Shown: positions 31,817 to 42,821 of the stretch, piece after piece
How the letters are laid out: each line of letters starts with the position of its first letter
Position numbering within the stretch: position 1 is the stretch's first letter
Sequence record: MK250021.1
DNA length: 64,000 bases
Reading direction: 5' to 3' (one strand)
Notes under the pieces: generated by a model
What the model saw: only the letters and a program-made list of their open reading frames with translations
Database searches by the model: none
Told to the model about the DNA's origin: nothing
Made by a program: the position numbers and the translations under genes

Positions 31817-32974
31817 ATGAGTAAGAATATAGGAATTTGTTTTGGCGGATATTGTCCAATGCATCAAGGTCATCTTGATGTTATTATGCGAGCAAAGAAA
31901 GAATCAGATATTGTTTATGTTGTTGTATGTGGATATACAGATGAACCACGTGCGAATGAAATAGGTTTGAATATAAAGCAACGAGAACGACTTATTAGAG
32001 AATATTTTAAAGGCGATGAGATTATAAAAGTTGTTACTGTTAATGATACAGAATTAGGTATTGATGAAAGTATGTCTGAACATAATTGGAAAGTATGGAC
32101 TGATTATGTGAAGAAACTTATTGTTAACAAAGTTTTAGACCATAAAGATAATTGGCCTTTTACAGTAGACGATACTATTAACGCATTTGAGTTGAAACTT
32201 ACTTTTTATGTTGGCGAGAAGTTTTATGTTAAATCATTAGAGAAATTAAATTATAATGTTGTATTGGTAGGATATGACAGCAATTCACCTTCTAACAGAA
32301 GTAATGATATTTCTGCAACTCTTATACGTCAGAGACCACAACTTTACTGGAATAAGATTGTATCTACATTCAAACCAAAACTAACAAAGAAGATTCTTGT
32401 ATTAGGAACAGCATCAGAAGGCAAATCAACTCTTGTAAAAGATATTGGTAATTATTTTCAGGTTCCATATACTACTGAATTTGGTAGGGATTATATGGCG
32501 AAACATTGTATGTTAGATCCAGATATTACAGTAAACGATTTTGTTGAATTCCTTATAGGACAAAGACAATATTATTTTGATGCACTTAACAGTGATAAGA
32601 ATAAAGGTGTTATTATTTCTGATACTGATAATCTCGTTACTCTTATGTATGCGAAGGCATATACAATGGATAAGAACATGCAGATTACTGAAAAAGAATA
32701 TAATGATATATTGTTACCACTTGCAAAATCATTGCAGACTAATGTAGATTGGGATGTAATTTATCTTATCAAACCACATAATACATTTGTCGATGATGGA
32801 ACACGTTATATGGAGCAAAGTTCTATTGAAGAACGTATAAAAAATTATCATATTCTTGTTAAATTATTGGAGGACTTTGATTTACTTCATAAGGTTATAG
32901 AACTAGATGGTACATATCTTGAGCATTTTGATTATGTAAAGAATTATATAAATACACTCTATGAAAAGTATTAA
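31817..32974 (+). CDS. nadR: NadR-like NMN adenylyltransferase / nicotinamide riboside kinase (no HTH)
   Basis: Cytidylyltransferase-fold HxGH (PMHQGH), ISATLIR, P-loop GTASEGKST, EFGRDY, ISDTD. Confidence 0.9.
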   Translation: MSKNIGICFGGYCPMHQGHLDVIMRAKKESDIVYVVVCGYTDEPRANEIGLNIKQRERLIREYFKGDEIIKVVTVNDTELGIDESMSEHNWKVWTDYVKKLIVNKVLDHKDNWPFTVDDTINAFELKLTFYVGEKFYVKSLEKLNYNVVLVGYDSNSPSNRSNDISATLIRQRPQLYWNKIVSTFKPKLTKKILVLGTASEGKSTLVKDIGNYFQVPYTTEFGRDYMAKHCMLDPDITVNDFVEFLIGQRQYYFDALNSDKNKGVIISDTDNLVTLMYAKAYTMDKNMQITEKEYNDILLPLAKSLQTNVDWDVIYLIKPHNTFVDDGTRYMEQSSIEERIKNYHILVKLLEDFDLLHKVIELDGTYLEHFDYVKNYINTLYEKY

Positions 32975-33623
32975 TAATATTTTATATACAGAGTTTATAA
33001 AAGGAAGAAACATATTTGAACATATGTTTCTTCTTGTAGGTATAATATTACAATTTATTGTATATTATATTACAAACGATACAATGATTTCATTAATATC
33101 TGGAGTAACAGGTATTATATCTGTTGTATTATGTTCACAGAGAAAAATTTCATTTTATTTCTTTGGATTTATACAATTATTTACTTATATGTATTTAGCA
33201 TGGCAGCAGAAATTTTATGGTGAATTAGTAGAAAATATATTCTATATAATTACCATGATTATAGGTATTGTTACATGGTTAACGAATTATAATAAGGATG
33301 AACAAATAGTAGAATCTAAAAGACTTTCTAATATACAGTTAAGTATAATAAGTAGTATAATGATTTTATTGTGTATTTTATTTGGGTATTATATGAGTAA
33401 TTATACAGATAATACACAACCATATATGGATGCTTTTTCTACAATACCGGCATTTATAGCACAAACATTATTGATGATGAGATATAGGGAACAATGGATA
33501 TTTTGGATTATAATTGATATTGTATCTATATTCATGTGGGGAATTGTAGGGAATTGGATAATGGTTATACAATTCATATTTTGGACGTTAAATTGTTTAT
33601 ACGGTTATATAAAATGGAAATAA
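32961..33623 (+). CDS. pnuC: PnuC-family nicotinamide riboside/vitamin transporter
   Basis: Multi-TM 220 aa; LISGVTGIISVVL, YMDAFSTIP, RYREQWIFWIIIDIVSI motifs; overlaps nadR. Confidence 0.9.
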   Translation: MKSINNILYTEFIKGRNIFEHMFLLVGIILQFIVYYITNDTMISLISGVTGIISVVLCSQRKISFYFFGFIQLFTYMYLAWQQKFYGELVENIFYIITMIIGIVTWLTNYNKDEQIVESKRLSNIQLSIISSIMILLCILFGYYMSNYTDNTQPYMDAFSTIPAFIAQTLLMMRYREQWIFWIIIDIVSIFMWGIVGNWIMVIQFIFWTLNCLYGYIKWK

Positions 33624-33630
33624 TGTAAAC

Positions 33631-33852
33631 ATGGCAGGATTTGTTATTATTGTAATTGTTATTTGCATAACTGTTTATGCGATATATGATTCTAAGCATA
33701 CATCAGAAGTAGAGCAAACATTCTGGGGTAAAGATAAAAGTGATTCATCCAGATTAAAAAAAGTTAATGAAAGAATTACATCATTAATAAGTAGAGTGGA
33801 ATTACTTGAAAATAAAGTAAAGAGATTAGAAAATAATAATATAATAGAATAA
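33631..33852 (+). CDS. small membrane/coiled-coil protein (73 aa)
   Basis: N-terminal TM helix plus heptad tail. Confidence 0.65.
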   Translation: MAGFVIIVIVICITVYAIYDSKHTSEVEQTFWGKDKSDSSRLKKVNERITSLISRVELLENKVKRLENNNIIE

Positions 33853-33853
33853 A

Positions 33854-34306
33854 ATGGAGCGGACAAATTTTGAAGTATATGATTGGTTGAAAGAACATCA
33901 AAAAGAAAATAATTATTCAGACCAATTTATTGAAGCATATAAAGAATGTTATTTTTTAAATAGGTTATCTGGTAAATTTTTTCTTGGAACATACGCGGGT
34001 TATTCAGTAAAGCCTGATAATAGTGATAAATCTTATTTCGTAGAAGACGGAATTAGAGGACAAGTAAAAGGATATTTTACAGTTTTAAATGGGAAACTTA
34101 TTCAACTTGATCCTTTATCTGATATTCAAAATTATGATAAGTATACCAAATTAAAGGATAATCTACATAAATATATGTATACTAGACTTGAAAATATTGA
34201 GATGCTGAGAAAAATTTATTCAGATAGAACTGATGAAATAAAAACCCAAATAGATGATCATATTAATTCATTGAATACAATAATTTATCTATTATCTAAA
34301 TATTAA
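33854..34306 (+). CDS. hypothetical protein (150 aa)
   Basis: Open frame in operon. Confidence 0.7.
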   Translation: MERTNFEVYDWLKEHQKENNYSDQFIEAYKECYFLNRLSGKFFLGTYAGYSVKPDNSDKSYFVEDGIRGQVKGYFTVLNGKLIQLDPLSDIQNYDKYTKLKDNLHKYMYTRLENIEMLRKIYSDRTDEIKTQIDDHINSLNTIIYLLSKY

Positions 34307-34319
34307 TAATTAACAAAAT

Positions 34320-34490
34320 ATGATTATGAATTTTATAAGTTGGATCTGTATTATATATACAGCATTTACATTGGTTTGTTTTGTATGGCTAACATATGCT
34401 ATTAAGAAAGCTCCATTAGTAGATCCTCAAGAACCATTTTTAAAAGGTGATATAAAATCAGAAGATCTAGAAGAAGATAAGGAGGAATAA
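34320..34490 (+). CDS. small membrane protein (56 aa)
   Basis: MIMNFISWICIIYTAFTLVCFVWLTYAIKKAP...; fills the gap between genes; missed by the track. Confidence 0.6.
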   Translation: MIMNFISWICIIYTAFTLVCFVWLTYAIKKAPLVDPQEPFLKGDIKSEDLEEDKEE

Positions 34491-34493
34491 GTT

Positions 34494-35255
34494 ATGGCTT
34501 ACATAGATAAAACATATATATCTGATTATCAGCAGTTTATACAAGTTAGAGATTGGTGTAAAGATAAAAAAGTAGAATTAAAAAATGGATTAGTGTATAA
34601 TGCTATTGATTTCCTTATGTATCCTGATATAACAGAAGAAGAATTCAATAGTTGGAAAAATGAAATTATTCAACGACATATAAAAACATATAATGAATCA
34701 AAGGAAGACGCAGAAAAACATTTTGAAATTCCTCTTTGGAATACACCAACATATTTCGATATTTGGCTTATAAGAAATTGCCCTATTGATTTTATTCAAA
34801 ATAGGTTAAAAGAACAATATGGTGAAGAATATAATCAAATAAAGAATTATAGATCTGAACATGATACATATCAGAGAAATGGATTAGGGAAGAATTTTCA
34901 TTATAAGGTAATTGAAAAACCTAACTGGAAACCAAGATATAATTTTATTTATACTGATAGACATAGTAATAAGAAAGTATATAAAGAAAGTAGGAAATCT
35001 TGGTGGTTTGTTGAACTTCGAGATTTATCAGGTAATGATATAATGTGGGAAGCAAATCAGGAGTATAATTATTGGACTAATTGGATTGAAGCATTACCAT
35101 TTACATCTAATATGATGGATATTAGGAAAAAGAAAAATCTTAATATTCACTCTATTATTAGAATGATAAAACATTGGGATTTACCTGCTAATACACAAGT
35201 TAAAGTTGTAAATAGATACTTTAATTATGGGTGGATAATTAACATTAAGAAATAA
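34494..35255 (+). CDS. hypothetical protein (253 aa)
   Basis: Open frame with a GGAGG-type RBS upstream; followed by a hairpin. Confidence 0.75.
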   Translation: MAYIDKTYISDYQQFIQVRDWCKDKKVELKNGLVYNAIDFLMYPDITEEEFNSWKNEIIQRHIKTYNESKEDAEKHFEIPLWNTPTYFDIWLIRNCPIDFIQNRLKEQYGEEYNQIKNYRSEHDTYQRNGLGKNFHYKVIEKPNWKPRYNFIYTDRHSNKKVYKESRKSWWFVELRDLSGNDIMWEANQEYNYWTNWIEALPFTSNMMDIRKKKNLNIHSIIRMIKHWDLPANTQVKVVNRYFNYGWIINIKK

Positions 35256-35328
35256 TATTAATAGGATGATATAAACTAATATATCATCCTATTATTTTAA
35301 TAAATATTTAAATGTTAATTTTTATTAA

Positions 35329-36393
35329 ATGAATAAATTAATTAAGAAATTAATGGAGGGATTATTTGATGATTTTGATGATGAAATTTTATCAAATTCA
35401 GATAATTCAAATAATGTATCTCAATAGATAATTGAAACGGAAGATAAACCTAAAATTAAAGAATGGTTGTTAGATAATATTATTTGTAAATATGGAACAC
35501 CATTTAAATGTGATGAAGGTAATGATATTGAATATACATTTGAATCAGATGGATTACATTGTAATTTAAAATTTAATGTACAAGATGCAAAATTTATGAA
35601 TTCTATTCCAGATTATGTTAAAATTAATAAAATAACTTGTAATACTGTAGAATTTGCAGACTTTATTAATTTACCTAAAGAAATAGATGGGACATTAAAT
35701 ATAAAAGGATGTAAGGAAAAAGATTTAAATGTACAATTACCAGAGAAATTAGGTGTATTATCGCTTATTAATTGTAAAATACGTTCATTGAAAGGATTAA
35801 GTAATACATGTAAATCAATAGAGCATCTTTGTATAGAAAATTGTAATATGTTTACTTCATTTAATGGGATTCCAGATAATGTTGGATTTATATAGTTAAT
35901 TAAATGTAAGAAAATAGTAGATTTAGAAGGAATTCCAGATACAGTAGAGAGAATTGTATTAGTTTCATTACCTTCATTTGAAAGTTTAAAAGGATGTCCA
36001 AATAAATTAAGTAATGGATTGTATATATAGGAGTGTCCATATTTAACCACATTAGCTTATTGTCCATCATTAATAATGGACCAATGTGAAATACATGATT
36101 GTATGTTATATCAGTTAGATATGAAAAATACAAGAATTTGTGGTACATTTAAATTAAGTAATAATAATTTATCAGATTTAGAAAATGGACCAAAACAGAT
36201 AGACGGATCATATATAGTTTCGGAACCGTATTTAGCAAAATTTAAAGCTAATGAAACTATTATGACAAATGCGTATAATAATGCGGAATTTATATATCAA
36301 GTTAGGAAAAAATATTTTAAAGGAAATAAAAATGACATGCCATAGATGAACAATGGTGTAAAAATTGTATGTCAATATTTAGAAGATCTCTAA
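35329..36393 (+). CDS. leucine-rich-repeat-like protein with LME-GLFDD leader (354 aa, 4 TAG)
   Basis: Repeats SLKGLSN / SFNGIPD / DLEGIPD / SLKGCPN continue across TAG; joins track ORFs 35467..35895 and 36076..36345. Confidence 0.8.
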
Positions 36394-36461
36394 TTAAAAA
36401 TAAAAAGAGAATAACTAACACAATATAGTTATTCTCTTTTACTTTTATTATATATTATTAA

Positions 36462-37262
36462 TTACTTACCGTAATGGATATAATCAATAAGAGCATTTGT
36501 ATCAAGATTTGACTCAACTGTTTCTTGATCATTAACTTCCTTAAGAGCAGCGATTACAGCCTTAAGCAACTTACTACGACGAGCAAGCAAATCAGCACGT
36601 TGCTTTTGTGACCACTCACCAGTAAACTTCTGCAATGTATAATCACCGATTTCAACTGTCTTCTTACGTTGAACAACCGCCGCACGATAATTAGCTGGAA
36701 TATTAGCAGGATCAATATTAGGATCCTTCAAAATCTCTTCTGTTGTCTCTGTAGTACGGGAAACACCCTTTACAAGTTCATTCTCAAGAATCTCTCGACC
36801 ATTATATTCTGTATTATGTGTTGGTGTCCAAATCTCTGAATCTGAATAAACAGGGATTCTCTCATACATTGTTACCAACTCTTTAGAAGTAAGAATACTC
36901 TTAAGACGCATAAGGTCCAATGCAGTTAGTTCACCGAATGAATGACCATCAACTACAAGCTCTACCTTCTTTGCACCGAGAGAATTCGTAGCTTCAACTG
37001 AAAATACCTCATTAAGATAATTAGTAGCAATATCCTTAAACCAATTCAACTGTTCTGAAACTGTAGTCTGTACTGCTGTTACACCCTTCTTTGTAGGATC
37101 CTCTGGATAACCCTCACGAGGAACATAAGTCTTCTTCTCACCACGGAATGCGCCTTGTGAATTCTTAAAATAAGATGCATACTCATTAATTTCCTTTGCA
37201 TACACTGATGCAGAATGGTCGACCTTCGCAAGTACGACATTCATCTTTTCTACTTTTGCCAT
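36462..37262 (-). CDS. conserved-looking hypothetical protein (266 aa), probably highly expressed
   Basis: Higher-GC, capsid-like codon usage; FRGEKKTYVP...GxWS...R; no confident family call. Confidence 0.8.
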   Translation of the reverse strand: MAKVEKMNVVLAKVDHSASVYAKEINEYASYFKNSQGAFRGEKKTYVPREGYPEDPTKKGVTAVQTTVSEQLNWFKDIATNYLNEVFSVEATNSLGAKKVELVVDGHSFGELTALDLMRLKSILTSKELVTMYERIPVYSDSEIWTPTHNTEYNGREILENELVKGVSRTTETTEEILKDPNIDPANIPANYRAAVVQRKKTVEIGDYTLQKFTGEWSQKQRADLLARRSKLLKAVIAALKEVNDQETVESNLDTNALIDYIHYGK

Positions 37263-37405
37263 AATTTATTAAAATTAAATGTTAATGTTAAATCTAAATT
37301 TTTTAATTACTTAATGTATATGATAAGTATAAGAAAAAGTCTATTATAAATAGAATAAAATATAAAATATTAAAGTAAATAATGATTAATAACAAATAGA
37401 ATTTA

Positions 37406-38539
37406 ATGGATGATATATTAGATGCAATATCAAAAGGATTAAAAGAAAGTTTAAATATAGAAGAGCAAATCCATCCATATAATGGTGTTTTAACGGATAT
37501 AAGAGATTACGAATCTGTATTTCATTCTCCAAATTTTGAATTATATAAATTAAATGAAAAATATCATGAAGTATGTATATCTCAATAGATATTAAATAAT
37601 ATTATAAAAATAATTAAAGATAATAAAAATAATTTAGGAAAAGACATATATACAAATTATTGCTTTAAAATATATAAAGTTAATAATCATAAAACATATA
37701 AAATATATAAATCAATTAATATTAATAAAGATCACCCTATATATGTAAATTTATATTCTAATAAAAGTAATGTATATGGTAAAACAGAAAATAGACTTAT
37801 ATCTAATGATATAAATTTAGATAATGATCATATAAGAATATATATAAATGTTTATTATATTAATATGGAAAAATTTATATATTCTGTATTAAAACATGAA
37901 TTAACACATGTTGTTGAAATGTATTCTGCTAAAAAGTTTAATAATATTAATAATTTAAAAAATACTATAGGAATTGATAAGGATAATGATATAATGTTAG
38001 ATATAAATCCATTAGCAAAAAATATGTTAAATAGGATGGTTTACTTATTTTCTAATACTGAACATAATGCACACATAAATGGTTTAGCTGAATTTATCAA
38101 TAAATTATCACCAACAGAAATAAAAAAATATACAAAATATATACAACATGAAGATGATGATGAAAATATTAAAGTAATTAATAATATAAATAATCCTATA
38201 TATAATTTTATGAGAAATTATGATGATTTAGATATATTAACAAATTATCAGGAATTTGAAGATTATATGTTTGATTTAAAAAGTTATTTAGAAAACAATG
38301 ATTTATTACCAATTTTTTATTTAGGTTATTTATTATAGAAACATCATTTAATATATAACAAAACTTAGATAAATTGGGATTTTATTAAAAATTATATGGA
38401 TAAAAAATATAAAAATTATAGTAAATATCATAATATTGCTGTATAGATAGTAAGTTTCTATGATTATAAAATAAAACAATATAGAGAAGACATATATAAA
38501 ATAATATATAAGAAATTTAAAGAAAAGAAAATTATTTAA
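37406..38539 (+). CDS. putative Zn metalloprotease (HExxH; 377 aa, 4 TAG)
   Basis: VLKHELTHVVE followed by FSNTEHNAH (gluzincin-like third ligand); frame continuous through TAG. Confidence 0.7.
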
Positions 38540-38541
38540 TC

Positions 38542-39066
38542 ATGATAACAGTAAATAAATCAATAGATATAAATAAGGAATCATATCCTAAATGTCCATA
38601 TACAAATGGCTTTTGTGAACCGAATATATTATACAATGATTACTCTATTATTAAAAAAGATAAATGTTTAACATGTGAACATTGGAGAACTAATTACGAT
38701 TATATTCTTAATAAATCTTTAGAGTCTGCAAAGAAAAATAAGAAATCAAATTATAATCTTATTGTTAATGAGGTAAACAGAGACGGTGGAAAATATATAA
38801 AGTTTGATAGCGATGACATAGGGTTTCTTATATGTGCGACGTCTACAATAGAAGATTATTATTATGTTTACATGGATAAAGATAAAAATATAAAGATGTC
38901 TTCATGCGTAGGTGGATATGAAGTTATAAAGTCTTCAGAAATACCACAGAATCTCTCTGTATTGAGTTATATTCGTCAACATGATAAATTATATATAAAA
39001 GAAATTATAACGCGATACATAAAGAATTTGAAGTATGATAAGGTAATTACGAAAATATTTTACTAA
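38542..39066 (+). CDS. hypothetical protein (174 aa)
   Basis: Open frame; N-terminal Cys cluster. Confidence 0.7.
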   Translation: MITVNKSIDINKESYPKCPYTNGFCEPNILYNDYSIIKKDKCLTCEHWRTNYDYILNKSLESAKKNKKSNYNLIVNEVNRDGGKYIKFDSDDIGFLICATSTIEDYYYVYMDKDKNIKMSSCVGGYEVIKSSEIPQNLSVLSYIRQHDKLYIKEIITRYIKNLKYDKVITKIFY

Positions 39067-39116
39067 AAACAAATTAACCATTATTTTATATAACATATAA
39101 ACATTTAATATAGTTT

Positions 39117-39464
39117 ATGTCTAATATAGAAAAAGGAAGAAAAGAAATTATAGATAGATATTCTCCAGATATTACAAACAGTATGACTCATGTTTTGGAA
39201 AATATCTATAATGCTGGATGGCATGCAGGCAGGAAAGCAGAACGAGAGAAATGGAGTAAATGCGAATATCTCATGATTGCTCCTGAAAAAATGGAGAAGA
39301 TTAAACAAATATGTGAAAATCCACCATGTAAAAATTGTAAATGTAAAACAATGGATAGACTAACAGGATGTTTAGCAAATCCTCAAACATGTGAAGAATA
39401 TCAAGAATATTCTTTAGTTTGTGAATTAATTAAATATTTTAAAACATGTGCATATAAATCATAA
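39117..39464 (+). CDS. hypothetical Cys-rich protein (115 aa)
   Basis: Open frame; CKNCKC...C...C. Confidence 0.7.
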   Translation: MSNIEKGRKEIIDRYSPDITNSMTHVLENIYNAGWHAGRKAEREKWSKCEYLMIAPEKMEKIKQICENPPCKNCKCKTMDRLTGCLANPQTCEEYQEYSLVCELIKYFKTCAYKS

Positions 39465-39532
39465 GACTTTATTTTGGAATTTCATTATAATATGTAAAAT
39501 AATAAACTAATAAATTTTACATAATAATTAAT

Positions 39533-39700
39533 ATGAAACAGATTAAAACTAATCAATTCAATTCCGATAAAGTACAGGTAAAGATGCCTTGGACTGTTTA
39601 TGATAACTATAATATAAAGAAAGATCCAAAGGTAACAATAGGTGTTCCTATTAATGAAAATTTGAAACTAATAGATACTGATAAAACAATTTGGTATTAA
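39533..39700 (+). CDS. small hypothetical protein (55 aa)
   Basis: ATG to TAA followed by a terminator hairpin; below the track cut-off. Confidence 0.5.
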   Translation: MKQIKTNQFNSDKVQVKMPWTVYDNYNIKKDPKVTIGVPINENLKLIDTDKTIWY

Positions 39701-39799
39701 TAGATATAAAAAAGTCTGAATTATATATGATTATAATTCAGACTTTTTATTTTATTTATATATGTAAAATAAATAATATAATAATTTATTATATTAAAA

Positions 39800-41425
39800 A
39801 TGAATCAAAAATTATATAGAAGTTTAATTGAAAGTATAGGTATTGCTATTAAGAAATCAATAAATGAAATGGCAAGACTTTCTGTATAGAGAACCATAGA
39901 TAAGAAACTTTGGTTAAGCGTAGCATCTACATGTTCTAGAAATAAATCAACAGAAGCAGAGAATATTAAACCAGGTAAAGGAGATAAAGATAATCTTCTC
40001 AATAGATATGTTGCAGCTCTTATTATAATGAGAAAACCATGTCCATAGTCTGAAGATGATATTGATGATATTAAAACATTTAAATTGGTAGGACATAAGT
40101 ATTTAGAATTAGGTGGTACTATTGAAGAAATTCAAGCTTTATATAATAAAAATACAGGAAAACCTTCTACTAATAATACATCTACAAAAAAGCAAGTTGA
40201 AGCAAAAGATAATACGGAAAACAATAAAGGTTTTGATAATGCAGTAGAATAGAAAACATCTGGAGGCGGATTATTCGACGATGATGATATATTTGGAGAC
40301 GATGAAGTTAATAGAGCATTAACATCTGACTTACAAAAAAAGATTTTAGATCTACCAAAAGAAACATCATTAGAAAATGTATTAATGTAGAGTATAGGTA
40401 TTACAAAACCACGTGGATGGAAATATATCAAACATACAAATGAAGAATATGATAAATTTGTATTTAATATGAGTGGTACAAGCATAACACCAGAATACAC
40501 ATGGAATTATCCTAAATATTTGAAAGATTTCATAAACCTTATAAACAGTAAAGGATGGAAATTATATAAGGTTGAAGCACCGTCTTTATTCGGTTATTAT
40601 AGATTTGAAAATATGACACCTGCATAGGTAAAACAATAGATACAATACGCATGTGAATCAAGATATAAACTTGGTAGAGACTTAACAGAAACTATAGATA
40701 ACCGCTTTAAAGAATATGAAGATTTTATAAATAAACGTAGAAAGGACATATAGACATTCGATAATGATTTTGTAAAACAAATGTTTGAATCTGATGAGAA
40801 TGTATATAGAGTGTTTTTATCGCCTGATGAAGGACTTATGCTGACATGTACAAGACCTATACCAGTAAATGTATCATATGGTAATTCAAATATTTCAAAA
40901 AATTATTATACTAATTATACAGAATGGATATGGACTGTAACATTTACAGGAAATGTAAATGATTATGATGAAAAAGATAAAACAGATATAAAAAAATTAA
41001 AGGAAGATAATAAGAAATATAATAAGCGCAAAAAAATATTTAGAACATTATTAGATAAACGATGTGGCTTGTCAGGATTTAAGTGGACAGTGTTTAATGA
41101 TGGTAATGGTTATCCTATAATGGTTAAGATATGTAGTAAAGGATCATGTAAGATTACATATGATAACTTTACAAAAAAATATTATAATCCTTATACAAGT
41201 AAATCTAGTTATTATTATATACCTACAGATGATAAGACATTTCCTAATTCATTTAAGGAGGCTGTTTAGAATAAAGAACATTGGGGTGTATCATTGGTGA
41301 AATTAGTATGTTGTAATAATGACGGGAAATATGGTCATTCCCTATATGGTGGAAGTGATGATGAAGCATATATGATTATAATGCCTACATATTATGGTAA
41401 AGCCATGATTGATTCTCTATTATAA
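39800..41425 (+). CDS. chimeric hypothetical protein (541 aa, 8 TAG)
   Basis: N-terminal ~110 aa homologous to 7792..9252; middle LFDDDDIFGDD...KPRGWKY...SKGW similar to 16743..17867; includes track ORF 40781..41269. Confidence 0.85.
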
Positions 41426-41474
41426 TGAATACAAATAAATATATATGAATTAAAATATAATTTTTAATAATAAA

Positions 41475-41891
41475 ATGAAAGTTAGTGAAAAGAAGAAATT
41501 ATATGAGTCTATCATGATGAATGTATCAAAGATAGTTAAGAAAAAATTAAATGAATATGGCGATGGTATCGAGCAGGATGTTGATCCAGATGATGATATT
41601 ACTGTATATGTTCCTTTGATTGGTTGTGAATGCACTGTTATTCCTTGTTATGATGAGGAAACAGGTGGAACATTCTACGAGGTTCATGATGATAATGATG
41701 AATATGTATGTGAGATTCATGATGATGTGGATACATCAGATGAAGACGCATTGGTAGATGCTATTGAGGACAATTACCAATGGGAATCAAAATCAGGTGA
41801 TTATGAAAATGTTGATCCATTAGGTCCTGATGATTCTGATGTAGATGATGAGTTCGATACTTATGAAGAAGACGAAGATTATGATGTTTAA
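41475..41891 (+). CDS. small acidic protein with LYESIM...LNE leader (138 aa)
   Basis: Basic leader followed by a D/E-rich body. Confidence 0.75.
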   Translation: MKVSEKKKLYESIMMNVSKIVKKKLNEYGDGIEQDVDPDDDITVYVPLIGCECTVIPCYDEETGGTFYEVHDDNDEYVCEIHDDVDTSDEDALVDAIEDNYQWESKSGDYENVDPLGPDDSDVDDEFDTYEEDEDYDV

Positions 41892-41894
41892 TAA

Positions 41895-42248
41895 ATGAAA
41901 AGAATTATTAATATAAGACCATTATCAGAAAATACAATAAGGAAATCTTTTGGTACTTCATTAGAAGATAAACTGAGAGAATTAAGAGATGAAGTAAAGG
42001 ATAGTAGATTACTTGAAGATACTTTAGTATTTCAGATAGGTAGGGAAGTATATACAGATAATGGTACAAGATATAAATTATTGGGAGGTCATCTATCATA
42101 CCAGGAAATGGGATTAACATAGATGGACCAACAGTTATATAGTAATATTGTTTCAGGTAAAACTGATGTTGATACAGTGCTATATAACTGGAAGAATAAA
42201 AAGGTTAAAAAATTGAACTTTTCTTCAAGAAAAACATAGAAAAAGTAA
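41895..42248 (+). CDS. hypothetical protein (117 aa, 2 TAG)
   Basis: Track ORF 41895..42122 ends in TAG; the frame continues to TAA 42248. Confidence 0.65.
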
Positions 42249-42251
42249 AAT

Positions 42252-42294
42252 AAAATGGTGAATATTTAATTTTATGTTAAATATTCACCATTTT
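42252..42294. terminator. bidirectional intrinsic terminator
   Basis: AAAATGGTGAATATTTAA / TTAAATATTCACCATTTT between convergent genes. Confidence 0.75.
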
Positions 42295-42296
42295 TA

Positions 42297-42738
42297 TTAA
42301 TATGTAGATAATTCTTGTGTAAATGTACTTAATGCATCATCTATAGATGAAAACTCTCCAAATGATACTTCTGTATCAGGATCAGAAAATACTTCAAATT
42401 CGAAATCTATTTTATCAACAGGGCCAACGGCTAATGTATATGTTCCATTATTATTCTATTGAATAGTTAAATGACTATTTTCTCCTCCACAAAAATCATC
42501 GAATTTCTATTGTAAATTATAATTATTTGCAAATATTCTCAATAATGATTCTGGTTCTCTATGTGTACCTTTTGAACCTCTCATAATTCTAACTTCAGAT
42601 GAATTAAAATATGATAAAATTATTTTCTTTAAATTATTTAATAGGTATATTAGAGTTTTCATTAAGCGTTCTTTTTACAGTTTTTGAAACAGATTTCATT
42701 ATAGATTCATAAAGTGATTTCTTTTGATTTTTATTCAT
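42297..42738 (-). pseudogene. leader-bearing gene with +1 frame offset (or a 34-aa leader ORF overlapping a 121-aa ORF)
   Basis: ATG 42738 gives MNKNQKKSLYESIMKSVSKTVKRTLNENSNIPIK then TAA; the +1 frame (own ATG at 42662) runs to TAA 42297 through 2 TAG. Confidence 0.5.
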
Positions 42739-42821
42739 AGTAATTATTTATATTTTAATTTTCATTTATATATTTATACTGAAAATATAATTATAAAAAT
42801 CCTATGTCTTTATTTACATAA

